The notes under the pieces are model-generated. The model made no database searches and was not told the origin of the DNA. It saw only the letters and a program-made list of their open reading frames with translations. Of a DNA stretch of 25,415 nt, positions 8,722 to 17,637 are shown piece by piece (position 1 is the stretch's first letter; every line of letters begins with the position of its first letter). A program made the translations under genes and the position numbers. Origin of the DNA: Pirellulaceae bacterium (GTDB lineage: Bacteria > Planctomycetota > Planctomycetia > Pirellulales > Pirellulaceae); NCBI GenBank assembly GCA_035649415.1, contig DASRJP010000151.1, positions 1 through 25,415 on the forward strand, read 5' to 3'.

Positions 8722-9714
8722 ATGGCCCACGAAATGCTGCCTACCGCTGGCTCAGCGCTGATCACCCGCCGCACCTTGCTGGGAGGAGGCTTGGCGGCCA
8801 CTGCCGCCGGCGTTCTGGTCCCGTCCGCCTTTGGTCAGGCGAAGAAGGACGAACCGGCGAAGATTCCCGAACCGGAACCCGTCTCGCTTGAAACCAAGGA
8901 CGGCGTTCAGCTCAAGGCGATGTATTACGGTGGCACGGCAAAGAAAAAATCTGTTCCCATCCTGATGATCCACGGCTGGGGTGGACAGCAGGACGAGTAC
9001 CGGTTGATGGCCCTCTCTCTGCAAAAGCAGAAGGAGGGATATTCGATTATGACGGTGGACCTGCGCGGTCACGGGGGTAGCACGCGGCAGCGCCAGCCGG
9101 ACAACGATTTCAAGGAGATTGACCCGGCGAAGATGCGCAACACCGACCTGGACAAGATGGTCCTGGATCTGGAGGCCTGCAAAAAGTTCCTGGTCAAAAA
9201 GAACAACGCTGGCGAGCTTAATGTTTCCGCGCTGTGCCTGGTCGCTGCCGAATTCGGTGCGATTATTGCGCTGAAGTGGTCCTTTTTGGACTGGAGCGTA
9301 GAGCGGCTTCCCGCGTACAAGCAGGGGCAGGATGTGCGAGGCATCGCACTGCTTTCGCCCGTTGAATCGTTCAAAGGGTGCACCGCGAGGCCGGCAATCA
9401 ACAGCCCCGTGATTCGCGAAAAGACGATTTCCAAGATGATCTGCGTCGGCGGCGACGACTCCAAGGCGCTGGCCGAGGCCCGCCGAATGCACACCACGTT
9501 CGAAAAATTTCATGGCAAGCCGCCGCCGGCCGAGGACGCAGCTCAGAAGCAGGATCTATTTTTCGTTTCGGTGGAAACCAAGCTTCAGGGGACGCAGCTC
9601 TTGGACCGGGCGTTCACGACGCCGCGGGACCTGGCCACGTTCGTCAACCTGCGGCTGGTGGCGAAGATGGACGACTTCCCCTGGGAAGAGCGACGCAACC
9701 CGCTGGGGAATTAG
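8722..9714 (+). CDS. Tat-secreted alpha/beta-fold hydrolase
   Basis: Twin-arginine signal (ITRRTLLGGGLAATAAGVLVPSAFGQA). Alpha/beta hydrolase hallmarks: ILMIHGWGG and TVDLRGHGGS. Start at ATG 8722 (MAHEML) or ATG 8734. The ORF-track start at 8623 is upstream and unlikely. Confidence 0.8.
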   Translation: MAHEMLPTAGSALITRRTLLGGGLAATAAGVLVPSAFGQAKKDEPAKIPEPEPVSLETKDGVQLKAMYYGGTAKKKSVPILMIHGWGGQQDEYRLMALSLQKQKEGYSIMTVDLRGHGGSTRQRQPDNDFKEIDPAKMRNTDLDKMVLDLEACKKFLVKKNNAGELNVSALCLVAAEFGAIIALKWSFLDWSVERLPAYKQGQDVRGIALLSPVESFKGCTARPAINSPVIREKTISKMICVGGDDSKALAEARRMHTTFEKFHGKPPPAEDAAQKQDLFFVSVETKLQGTQLLDRAFTTPRDLATFVNLRLVAKMDDFPWEERRNPLGN

Positions 9715-9745
9715 CGGCAGGTCGCAGCGGCCGGCGCATTCACTC

Positions 9746-10417
9746 TCAATTCCCTTTCTCGGGAACGCGGACAAACGTCTCCGTCGGCTCGTGCAGATCG
9801 GGAATGACGATCGCGGCCCCCACGGGAAGAATCTCGCGGGCCAGAATCACATCGGCATTGGCTGCCAGCAACTTGTCCGCGTGCTCGCGCGAGCCGAGCA
9901 TCCGCTCGGCGATGTCTTCCAGCGTGTCGTGCCGGCGAATTCGGTAATAGCGCCTGTCGTGCGGCGGACTTGGCGGGGTGACCGACGAGCGATTCAACTC
10001 CGAATCGATCGCCGCAGTTGACGCGGCCTTGGCACGCGACTCGCTGGACTGGGAAGCGTAGCTGGCTGGCAGCCGCGGAAGCGGCCCGGTCTGATCGACC
10101 TTGACCAGCTTTCGTCGTGGCACGCCCTGGTCGAGCACGGCAGTCAGCGGTTCCAGGCCGTGCTGGGAACGAACCGATCGCTCAATCGCCGGTGACGACA
10201 CTTCCGCAGGCTGATCCACGACCTTCGGCGGCGCAGGTCGGTCCGCTAACGTGGCCACTGCCGCGGGGACTACGGAGGCGGGAAAATCGTCCTCCTCCAG
10301 CAGGGTCTTGCGAAACGGCCAGGCCGCGCAGAAGCCGGCCGCCATGATGGAAAGACCGCACCAGATGCGCCGATTCCCCACAGGAGTTACCCCCTGAGAG
10401 TGTGTGGAAAGCGGCAT
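9746..10417 (-). CDS. LysM domain membrane protein
   Basis: C-terminal LysM motif (YYRIRRHDTLEDIAERMLGS ... ADKLLAANADVI ... PVGAAIVIP). N-terminal TM (IWCGLSIMAAGFCAAW) and a Pro/Ser-rich linker. ATG at 10417, with TTG at 10432 as an alternative. Confidence 0.65.
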   Translation of the reverse strand: MPLSTHSQGVTPVGNRRIWCGLSIMAAGFCAAWPFRKTLLEEDDFPASVVPAAVATLADRPAPPKVVDQPAEVSSPAIERSVRSQHGLEPLTAVLDQGVPRRKLVKVDQTGPLPRLPASYASQSSESRAKAASTAAIDSELNRSSVTPPSPPHDRRYYRIRRHDTLEDIAERMLGSREHADKLLAANADVILAREILPVGAAIVIPDLHEPTETFVRVPEKGN

Positions 10418-10564
10418 CCGGTGCCAAGACAATCCTCTACATCGACCATCGGCCCTCAGCGCAGAGAAAGTCCACCGGGACGGGCAAAGGTCGGTTTGGG
10501 CGTTTGGCGGTGAGAGGATCGGTGGGGCAAAATCCAGCGGCTGGCAAATGCCAGGCGAGTGGGC

Positions 10565-13500
10565 TCAGGTCCTGCCGCCGGCTGTGGTCACGGGCTCCTT
10601 GATCGCTGCAGCCTTGGCCCGCTGCGGCACGGTTGGGCTGGTTTTCATCAGCCACAGTAGCATCGGAGCGGCGATGAACACGGTGCTGTACGTTCCGGAA
10701 ACCACGCCGATGAGCATGCAGAAGGCGAAGGTATGGATCCCCTCGCCCCCCCAGATGTAAAGGATGACCACCACCAGAAGCGTCAAGCCGCCAGTCAGCA
10801 GCGTGCGGCTCAGAGTCTGATTGATGGCGTCGTTGATCATCTGGGCAGAGATGAGCGTGCTCTTGCCGCGGATCTCGCGAATGCGGTCAAAGATCACGAT
10901 CGTGTCGTTGATCGAGTAACCGATCAGCGTCAGGAATCCGGCCACGACCGTCAGGCTGATCTTGAATTCCTCAATTCCCAAGAATCCGAGGGCCGAGGCG
11001 ACGTAGTAACTGGCGCCGATGCCCGCCAGCATCACCAGCGTGTCGTGCGCGAGCGAAGCGATTGCGGCAATGCCCCAGCTCAGTTTCTGGAAGCGGAACC
11101 AGATGTAGGCGGCAATGCCGAGTAGGCTCACGAGGACGGCTGAGAGGGCCTTGAGCTGCATGTCGAGCGTCACTTGTCCGGAGACGCTGCTGGAGTTCTG
11201 CCAGACTGGCGTGGCATCCATCGATTTCTTGAGTTCCGTCAGCACCGCTTTGGCAGCCTCCTCGCCCAGCGGCAGGGTCGTCTTCCACGTTTCAAAGGGT
11301 GCGTTGTCGCGGCCATCCCACTGCGGGTTGGCAACCTCGACGAACGGGTGCTGCGCGATTGCCCTTTCGGAGGCCTGGCGGATGTGCTCCAGCAGTGCGT
11401 AGGCGCTGATCCGGTTATCAGGGAAGCGGATTTCGACAACGGTCTTTTGTGTGCTCGGCGCGGCCGGTTTGGTCTCTGCGGCGGGAGGCGTGGCGGCGGA
11501 CGACTCGGGCGCGGCGGGAGGAGCTTTTGTCCCTTCAGCCTTCGCAGGTGCAGCTTTTTCATCGACTGGCGAATCCTTGGCCTTTTCAACCTCCGACTTT
11601 GCTGCTTTCTCCTCCTGGCCGCAGTCCGACGACTTCTCGCCGGCTGCTTTTTCTTTTTCCCCGGCAGCGGCACCCTTCTCCTCGGGTTGCACGGGCGGCG
11701 CAGCGCTTTCCGCAGCACCGGCGGCCGGGGCAGCTCCGGTCGTCTCGAGGATCTTGTACTCCATGTGGTACGTGCGGATGCGATCCGCACCCGTCTTGGG
11801 ATCCTTTAGCGCCTGTTGGACGTGTTTTTCCAGATCGGCCACCTTCTCCAGCGAGGAGTCGATCTTATGCACCGTGCCCGGCGCCTCTCCCGCAATCGAG
11901 ATTTCGTAGACCTGATAGTCCACCGAGGAGTTGGTCTTGGGGTCCTTCACGTCGTCAAACTGGTCCCGCATCGCCAGACGGACTTTGTCGGCGCTCATGG
12001 CTTGCCGCAGCATCGGAATCACGGAGGACCCGCCTTTGAGATCGATGTCGAAAATGCCGGCCCCGCGCGACACGGTTGCGACCAGACCGATGAAGATCAG
12101 CAAGCACGATGCGATCGTCATCGGTGGGAACAGCTTCACCCAGTCCACATTGGGATGGGTGAGAAACTTCGTCATCGACATCGAGGTGAGCCAGCGCGTC
12201 CGCTCGCCAGCGTCGAAGATCACGCGGGCACAAAAGATGGCGGTGAACATACTGATCACGTTCCCCAGCATCAGCGTAATGCCGAAACCGCGGAGCTGAT
12301 CAGTGCCGATCACATAAAGTACGAGGGCGGTCAGAAACGTCGTCAGGTTGCCGTCGATGATGGCGGACAGAGCCCGATCGAAACCGTTGCGAAGGGCCAT
12401 TCGCAGGGCGGCGCCACGCTCCGTTTCCTCGCGGATACGCTCGAAAATCAGCACGTTGGCGTCGATCGACATGCCCACCGTGAGCACCAGGCCCGCCAGC
12501 CCCGGCAGCGTAAACGGGGCCTGGATGATGATCATGATCGCCACGGTCAGCAGCAGGTTCAGCACCAGGGCCAGCGCGGCGGTAATCCCGGCAAACCGGT
12601 AGTACAACGCCACCAGGACCAGCACCACCAGCAGAGAAATCGCCAGCGACCAGCTCCCTTTGATGATCGTGTCCAATCCCAGGATCGAGCCGATCAGGTT
12701 CTCGGCGATCGGGGTTGGAAACAGGACGACCGGCATGCTGCCGGACTTGAGCAGCTCCGACATGAAGCGGACTTCCGGCTCGGTAAAGCGGCCGTGAATG
12801 TAGCCTTGCTCCGTGATCTGCCCTTCGATCGTGGGAGCCGAGATCAACTCGCTGTCAAACACGACGGCAAGCTGCCGCCTGGGGGGCGGGAGATTCTGAC
12901 CCGTCAGCGCCCCCATCTTGCCGATCCCTTCCCCCTTCATCGTGAAGTTGATGCGATAGCCATCGGCTTCCAGCGACGGCCAGGCGTAGGCCAGATCCTC
13001 TCCCCGCACGTCCAGGTCGTCGCTGTCGGGCGCCCGCAGCAGGACCTCGATATCGGGAATCTCGCGGGCGGCCAACACGCGGGCTGCGCCTTGGCCGCTG
13101 TGGTCGAATTGTGCGATCTCGTCAGGCGTGAACGTGAGGATTTCACCCGTCGCGGAGTTGCGGACCATGTCGCCACCTGCCGGCGAATAACGCAGCGGCG
13201 AATTGGGCTTGGTCCGATCCTCGCGGGCGACTTTCGTCCAGATGCCGATCGTCTTTTCGACCTTTTCGGGGCTGTCGTCGCTGACGTTGACGGTATACGA
13301 CTTTTTGCGGACAGGATCCTTTTCCTGCTCTAGGGCCGCTTCGCGGATCTGGGCGTCGTTGCTCTCGTTGTCAGCGACGATGAGGAACCGCAGCGAGCCG
13401 GTGGCGGTGACCCGGGCCTTGATGTCGTCGATCTGGGCCTTGTCCACCTCGGAGACGATGATCTCGATTTGCTTGGGACCGGCCTTGCGGATGACCAGAT

Positions 13501-13903
13501 CCTTGACGCCGCTGGGATTGAGCCGCTGCCGCAGCACTCCAATAACGGAATTGAGGTCGTAATCACCCTTTCCATGAGGGTTGAGCAGAGCCGTCCGCGC
13601 TTCATCCACCTCGTAGACCAGATTCACGCCCCCCCGCAGGTCGGCGCCGAGCTTGAACACACCGAATACGATGATGGCGATCGAGAAGGCCCAGGAAGCC
13701 AGGATCAGACTGAATTTCCAGCCAAAGCCTTTCAGCCGCATGGAACTGGCCAGTAAGTACCCCAGCGCAATGCTCACCAAAATGGCGGCCAGAGATACGT
13801 AGAGGACGGGCGGAATGCCGAAAAAGGTAATCGACTGCTTGAAACTGGGTTCGAGCAGTTGATCGATGGCCGCAACCAGCGGCAGTAGACTGTCAGACAA
13901 CAT
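10565..13903 (-). CDS. secDF: protein translocase subunit SecDF (fused SecD-SecF)
   Basis: 1112 aa. SecD N-terminal TM, periplasmic domain and an RND-like 6-TM bundle, followed by a SecF TM, periplasmic domain and second 6-TM bundle. AAGGAAC Shine-Dalgarno 9 nt upstream of ATG 13903. Contains a K/A/E/P-rich low-complexity insert of about 100 aa in the SecF periplasmic domain. Confidence 0.95.
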   Translation of the reverse strand: MLSDSLLPLVAAIDQLLEPSFKQSITFFGIPPVLYVSLAAILVSIALGYLLASSMRLKGFGWKFSLILASWAFSIAIIVFGVFKLGADLRGGVNLVYEVDEARTALLNPHGKGDYDLNSVIGVLRQRLNPSGVKDLVIRKAGPKQIEIIVSEVDKAQIDDIKARVTATGSLRFLIVADNESNDAQIREAALEQEKDPVRKKSYTVNVSDDSPEKVEKTIGIWTKVAREDRTKPNSPLRYSPAGGDMVRNSATGEILTFTPDEIAQFDHSGQGAARVLAAREIPDIEVLLRAPDSDDLDVRGEDLAYAWPSLEADGYRINFTMKGEGIGKMGALTGQNLPPPRRQLAVVFDSELISAPTIEGQITEQGYIHGRFTEPEVRFMSELLKSGSMPVVLFPTPIAENLIGSILGLDTIIKGSWSLAISLLVVLVLVALYYRFAGITAALALVLNLLLTVAIMIIIQAPFTLPGLAGLVLTVGMSIDANVLIFERIREETERGAALRMALRNGFDRALSAIIDGNLTTFLTALVLYVIGTDQLRGFGITLMLGNVISMFTAIFCARVIFDAGERTRWLTSMSMTKFLTHPNVDWVKLFPPMTIASCLLIFIGLVATVSRGAGIFDIDLKGGSSVIPMLRQAMSADKVRLAMRDQFDDVKDPKTNSSVDYQVYEISIAGEAPGTVHKIDSSLEKVADLEKHVQQALKDPKTGADRIRTYHMEYKILETTGAAPAAGAAESAAPPVQPEEKGAAAGEKEKAAGEKSSDCGQEEKAAKSEVEKAKDSPVDEKAAPAKAEGTKAPPAAPESSAATPPAAETKPAAPSTQKTVVEIRFPDNRISAYALLEHIRQASERAIAQHPFVEVANPQWDGRDNAPFETWKTTLPLGEEAAKAVLTELKKSMDATPVWQNSSSVSGQVTLDMQLKALSAVLVSLLGIAAYIWFRFQKLSWGIAAIASLAHDTLVMLAGIGASYYVASALGFLGIEEFKISLTVVAGFLTLIGYSINDTIVIFDRIREIRGKSTLISAQMINDAINQTLSRTLLTGGLTLLVVVILYIWGGEGIHTFAFCMLIGVVSGTYSTVFIAAPMLLWLMKTSPTVPQRAKAAAIKEPVTTAGGRT

Positions 13904-13983
13904 GGCAAAACGTTCCTTGGCCTGGACCAGTAGATTCTCCAGCCGATTACGAACCTAGAAATTCCTGAGCGGCGCTAAGAGCG

Positions 13984-14364
13984 TCAAGTCGATTCCTTGG
14001 CGTCGGAGGTTTCCTCTTCCGGACTTCCGACGCGGGAAATGGCGCTGCGCAACACTTTAATCTTGGTGTTGTTTCCGTCGTCCACCCGCAAGGTCACCAC
14101 TGCCGATCCGGGCGCGGCATTGACCACCGTTCCGCAGATCCCGCCAATCGTGACCACCTGATCGTTTTTCTTGATATTCGCCAACAGCTGCTCCATCTCC
14201 TTGCGCTTGCGCCGCTCGGGCGCAATCAGCATGAAGTAAAAGAGCACCCCGATGATCAGAAACGGCCAGAGCTGAAACCACAGCGAAGATGCGGGGCCGC
14301 CGTTGCCGCCTTTTTCCTGTTGCGCAAGCAGCGGAAGCAAATCGACCAGGGTGGCAATATCCAA
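13984..14364 (-). CDS. yajC: preprotein translocase subunit YajC
   Basis: Single TM plus YajC core (LIIGVLFYFMLIAPERRKRKEMEQLLANIKKNDQVVTIGGICGTVV). It sits between tgt and secDF as in the E. coli tgt-yajC-secD-secF operon. The ORF-track start (14553) overlaps the tgt stop and gives an implausibly long N-terminus. The start is placed at TTG 14364 (LDIATLV...); GTG 14415 is an alternative. Confidence 0.75.
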   Translation of the reverse strand: MDIATLVDLLPLLAQQEKGGNGGPASSLWFQLWPFLIIGVLFYFMLIAPERRKRKEMEQLLANIKKNDQVVTIGGICGTVVNAAPGSAVVTLRVDDGNNTKIKVLRSAISRVGSPEEETSDAKEST

Positions 14365-14527
14365 GGGGATCGCCCTCAACTTGCGGACGCTATGGCCCGC
14401 CGGGCTCAGCGGCACGCGGCCAATGGAAAACGGCCCGGGGAAAACCGCTCGCTCGGGCCGGTTCTGAAACACCAACCAGAAATCATAAAGCCTTGCGCCA
14501 CAACGGGCAAGGGCAGCATTTGCGGGC

Positions 14528-15670
14528 TCAAATCGCTCCCGGCGAGCGGTCATTCGATACCGCTCGCCACCGCGCCAGCTTTTGTTCGCAAAAGGCCGCG
14601 AACCGATCCTCGGTAATCGCCTGCCGCGACTGGGCCATCAGCCGCTGGTAGTAGGTCAGGTTGTGTGCGGTCAGCAGGATCGGCCCGAGCATTTCGTCAG
14701 CCAGAAACAAGTGCCGCAGGTAGCCCCGGCTGTGTCGGCAAGCCGGGCAGCAGCAGCCTTCTTCCAGCGGGCGATCGTCAAGTTGGTGGACCGCATTACG
14801 CAGCCGCAGCGGACCGTCGTCTGTGAACGCCATGGCGTTGCGTCCATTGCGCGTCGGCAGGACACAGTCGAACAGATCCACGCCTCGGCGAATCGCCTCC
14901 AGCAGGTCTTGCGGCCGGCCCACGCCCATCAGGTATCGCGGTTTGTCGGCCGGAAGGACCGGAGCAACGGCATCCAGGATCCGGTACATCTCCTCGGGGG
15001 TCTCACCCACGCTCAAACCGCCGATCGCATAACCGCCGAAATCGAGCGCCATGAGCGCTTGGGCGCACTCGATTCGCAGCTCGGCATTCAGTCCCCCCTG
15101 GACGATGGCAAACTGGGCCTGGTCGCTGCGCTTTGCGGCCTGTCGGCAGCGCTGCGCCCAGCGGATCGACCGCTGGCAAGCGTCCAGGATGGTCGCTTCG
15201 TCGCTGGGAAGAGCGACGACATGATCCAGGACCATGGCCACGTCGCTGCCCAAGTCTTCCTGAATGGCGACCGCGCGCTGGGGGCTGAGCTCCATCAGGC
15301 GGCCGTCGATGTGAGAGCGAAAGATGGCCCCTTCCTCGCGGACTTTCGTCATTTGCGCCAGGCTGAAGAGCTGAAAGCCGCCGCTGTCCGTCAGGATTGG
15401 CCCGTCCCACCCCATAAAGCGGTGCAGACCGCCAAAATGCTTGATCGTCTCAGGGCCTGGCCGCAGCGCCAAATGGTAGGTGTTGCCCAGAATCATCTGC
15501 GCGCCGGTGTCCCGCACCTGTTCGATGGTCAATCCTTTGATCGTCGCCTGCGTGCCGACGGGCATGAATGCCGGCGTCTGAACGAGACCGTGCGGCGTGT
15601 GGTAAATGCACTGCCGGGCTGGACAACCAGCGTCCACATGAACGAGGCGAAAGGAAAACGCAGCAGGCAT
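14528..15670 (-). CDS. tgt: queuine tRNA-ribosyltransferase
   Basis: 380 aa. The N-terminus aligns with E. coli Tgt ([18 protein letters not shown]). Catalytic Asp region (ILTDSGGFQ). Zn site ([16 protein letters not shown]). The start ATG lies only 4 nt downstream of a strong palindrome and there is no obvious Shine-Dalgarno. Confidence 0.95.
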   Translation of the reverse strand: MPAAFSFRLVHVDAGCPARQCIYHTPHGLVQTPAFMPVGTQATIKGLTIEQVRDTGAQMILGNTYHLALRPGPETIKHFGGLHRFMGWDGPILTDSGGFQLFSLAQMTKVREEGAIFRSHIDGRLMELSPQRAVAIQEDLGSDVAMVLDHVVALPSDEATILDACQRSIRWAQRCRQAAKRSDQAQFAIVQGGLNAELRIECAQALMALDFGGYAIGGLSVGETPEEMYRILDAVAPVLPADKPRYLMGVGRPQDLLEAIRRGVDLFDCVLPTRNGRNAMAFTDDGPLRLRNAVHQLDDRPLEEGCCCPACRHSRGYLRHLFLADEMLGPILLTAHNLTYYQRLMAQSRQAITEDRFAAFCEQKLARWRAVSNDRSPGAI

Positions 15671-15674
15671 CGTA

Positions 15675-15721
15675 GAACGGAATTAGTTCCGTTCCTTTGG
15701 CGAACGGAATGAATTCCGTTC
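15675..15721. promoter_or_regulatory. two tandem GAAC-N12-GTTC palindromes (candidate operator or RNA hairpins) abutting the tgt start
   Basis: Palindrome 1 at 15675-15694: GAACGGAA-TTAG-TTCCGTTC. Palindrome 2 at 15702-15721: GAACGGAAT-GA-ATTCCGTTC. Their centres are 27 bp apart. They lie between the stop region of the TPR-alphaCTD gene and the ATG of tgt on the minus strand, and the tgt ATG follows 4 nt after the second palindrome. Confidence 0.4.
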
Positions 15722-15733
15722 CACACTTGAGCG

Positions 15734-17059
15734 TCAGTCGCCGCGGAGCTTCAGCCCGAGTTGGGTGAGCTTTTCCCGAACTTCATTGAGGCTGGTCACG
15801 CCGAAGTTCTTGCACTCCAGCAAATCGTCCCCCGACTTGCGGATCAACTCGCCGATCAGTGTCAGCCCCAGCCTGGCCATGCATTTGCGAGCCCGCACCG
15901 ACAGGTTCAGCTCGGAAATCGGGCGTTCCAGCAGCGCCTGCTCGTCGGGCGACATGGTCGCCACGTCGAGCGCCGGTTCGATGACGCCGCGTTCCTGCGC
16001 GAACTGTCCCAGCTCCAGTCCCTTCGACGAGAGCATCTCGCGAATTTCGACGAGCGACGTCTCGCCAAAATTCTTGCTCGACAAGAGTTCCAATTCCGTG
16101 GTCCGCGTCAGGTCCCCCAGCGTGCGAACGCCCATTTTTTGCAGACAGTTGCGGCTGCGGACCGACAGTTCGAAATCGCTGACGGGCACGCTTAGGAGCT
16201 GAGCAAGGCGGTCGTTCCGCCGCTGCGCCTCTTCGTCGATCCAGCCGCTGCCGGACGCCGATGCATCCTTCATGTACAGCCGCGCGCGGGGATGATCCGG
16301 GTATGCTTCCAGCACCCGCTGATAGCAGGACTGCGCACGGTCGTACTGATTGCGGTCTTCGTACAAGAGGCCCAGGTTGATTAGCGTGCCCACATTGGTC
16401 GGAAAACAAGCAGCCGCTCGCTGATAAAGCTGCAGCGCCGTCTCGTCGTTGCCGCGGCGATCGTTTTCCGTCGCCAGGGCGAACAGAGCGCCGGGGTGTT
16501 TGGGATCGGCTTCAACCGCCCGTTCCAGGAGGGCGATGGCCTCGCTGGGGCTTCCTCCCAGCGCGGAGACGGTGGCCGCCCGCTGATACAGATACTCGGC
16601 CGTCTGTTCCACAGCGCCAGAGAGCTTGTCGAGGGTTTCCAGTGCCTTCTTCGGATCGCGGGCGCAGCGCTGGGCTTCGGCGGTCGAAAGGGCGCAATCG
16701 TCGGCGTTGTAGCCGCCAACTTTCGCCGCCGCGAACGATTTCGCCGCCTCGGCATACTCACCCATCGCAAAGCGAGTCTTGCCCAGGTAGTAATGCGCGA
16801 CAGCGCCGCCATCGGCCGAACTGAGGGTCTCGATAGCGCTGCGGTAACGTCCCAGCAGGAAGTAACAGACTCCCAAGCGAACTTTGGCTGCCGGCGTGCG
16901 ATCCTCGCGGACCTCCAGCTCGGCTACCGCGTCACGCAACAGCGAAAACTGGGAATAGTCCTCGGCAATCGCGTGGATCAGCTGGGAGATCTCCCGCGGC
17001 CCAAACGTGCTGTTGGACAGGACAATTTCGCGCAGATCGGCAAGGACGGTGGGTACCAT
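15734..17059 (-). CDS. TPR-repeat protein with two C-terminal RNA polymerase alpha-subunit CTD (alphaCTD) domains
   Basis: The N-terminal roughly 280 aa carry TPR-like repeats (YYLGKTRFAMGEYAEAAKSF, YQRAAACFP ... LGLLYEDRNQYDRAQSCYQRVLEAYPDH). Two C-terminal copies match the E. coli RpoA alphaCTD ([53 protein letters not shown]). Copy 1: FELSVRSRNCLQKMGVRTLGDLTRTTELELLSSKNFGETSLVEIREMLSSKGL. Copy 2: LNLSVRARKCMARLGLTLIGELIRKSGDDLLECKNFGVTSLNEVREKLTQLGL. ATG 17059 has a GGAG Shine-Dalgarno 7 nt upstream; TTG at 17065 is an alternative. Confidence 0.85.
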   Translation of the reverse strand: MVPTVLADLREIVLSNSTFGPREISQLIHAIAEDYSQFSLLRDAVAELEVREDRTPAAKVRLGVCYFLLGRYRSAIETLSSADGGAVAHYYLGKTRFAMGEYAEAAKSFAAAKVGGYNADDCALSTAEAQRCARDPKKALETLDKLSGAVEQTAEYLYQRAATVSALGGSPSEAIALLERAVEADPKHPGALFALATENDRRGNDETALQLYQRAAACFPTNVGTLINLGLLYEDRNQYDRAQSCYQRVLEAYPDHPRARLYMKDASASGSGWIDEEAQRRNDRLAQLLSVPVSDFELSVRSRNCLQKMGVRTLGDLTRTTELELLSSKNFGETSLVEIREMLSSKGLELGQFAQERGVIEPALDVATMSPDEQALLERPISELNLSVRARKCMARLGLTLIGELIRKSGDDLLECKNFGVTSLNEVREKLTQLGLKLRGD

Positions 17060-17167
17060 CAGCAACTCCGGTCAGTGATTCGTTTGGAAATCCTGTGGCC
17101 GCAAAACTTTACCAGGATGGCGCTTAACAGTGGGTGGGAGTTCTTCCTTCCCCGTCTGCGGCAAGAG

Positions 17168-17241
17168 AGCCAGCAGTGGGAGTCGAACCCACAACCCCCG
17201 CATTACGAATGCGGTGCTCTGCCGATTGAAGCTATGCTGGC
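17168..17241 (-). tRNA. tRNA-Thr (anticodon CGT)
   Basis: 74-nt cloverleaf on the minus strand. Acceptor GCCAGCA/TGCTGGC. D-arm GCTT-CAATCGGCA-GAGC. Anticodon arm CCGCA-TTCGTAA-TGCGG. T-arm GTGGG-TTCGACT-CCCAC. Discriminator T; no encoded CCA. Confidence 0.85.
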
Positions 17242-17465
17242 CTGCGGCTCACAGCTTTGTGGGCTGAAAACCTATAACGCTAGGCAATCGCATTTATAGC
17301 GTCAAGGCCCGATGGGGGAAAGGCTTGCGACGACGGACGCCAACCGTTGAGAGCTGTGCGGATCGATCGCAGCCGCGAGCGGCAACGCGTGATTGCCAAG
17401 AGCCTAGAGACTGTCTCGGCGACTAGGGTTCGCTTGCAGCCCGGACCGCGGGTGCGCAAAAAAAT

Positions 17466-17637
17466 CGGGGGCTCTGACGTACCAAAGACTCTTTGGTATG
17501 CGGTGATGGCCAGGGGCAAGGCAACCACGCCGCGAATGTTCGTCAGAGCCCCCACGGTCCTCAAATTTGATGTCGTGGAGTACACGACAATGCCCCCTCT
17601 AGGCACCCCGCGTGCCAGTTTTCATTTGTCCTCTGAT
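17466..17637 (+). other. structured 5' leader (candidate cis-regulatory RNA) upstream of the lipid-kinase/kdsA unit
   Basis: A 13-bp perfect inverted repeat (GGGGGCTCTGACG at 17467-17479 and CGTCAGAGCCCCC at 17541-17553) encloses an 8-bp/3-nt-loop hairpin (TACCAAAG-ACT-CTTTGGTA, 17480-17498). A further hairpin lies at 17571-17587 (GTCGTG-GAGTA-CACGAC). A terminator-like GGCAC-CCCGC-GTGCC followed by AGTTTTCATTTG lies at 17602-17628. The region is AT-richer than the flanking coding DNA. Confidence 0.3.

Noticed and set aside
10433-10564. Possible terminator after secDF (CTGGCA-TT-TGCCAG followed by ATTTTG on the minus strand)
   Set aside because: The loop is too short for a real hairpin and the U-tract is weak. 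The LysM gene downstream may simply be co-transcribed.
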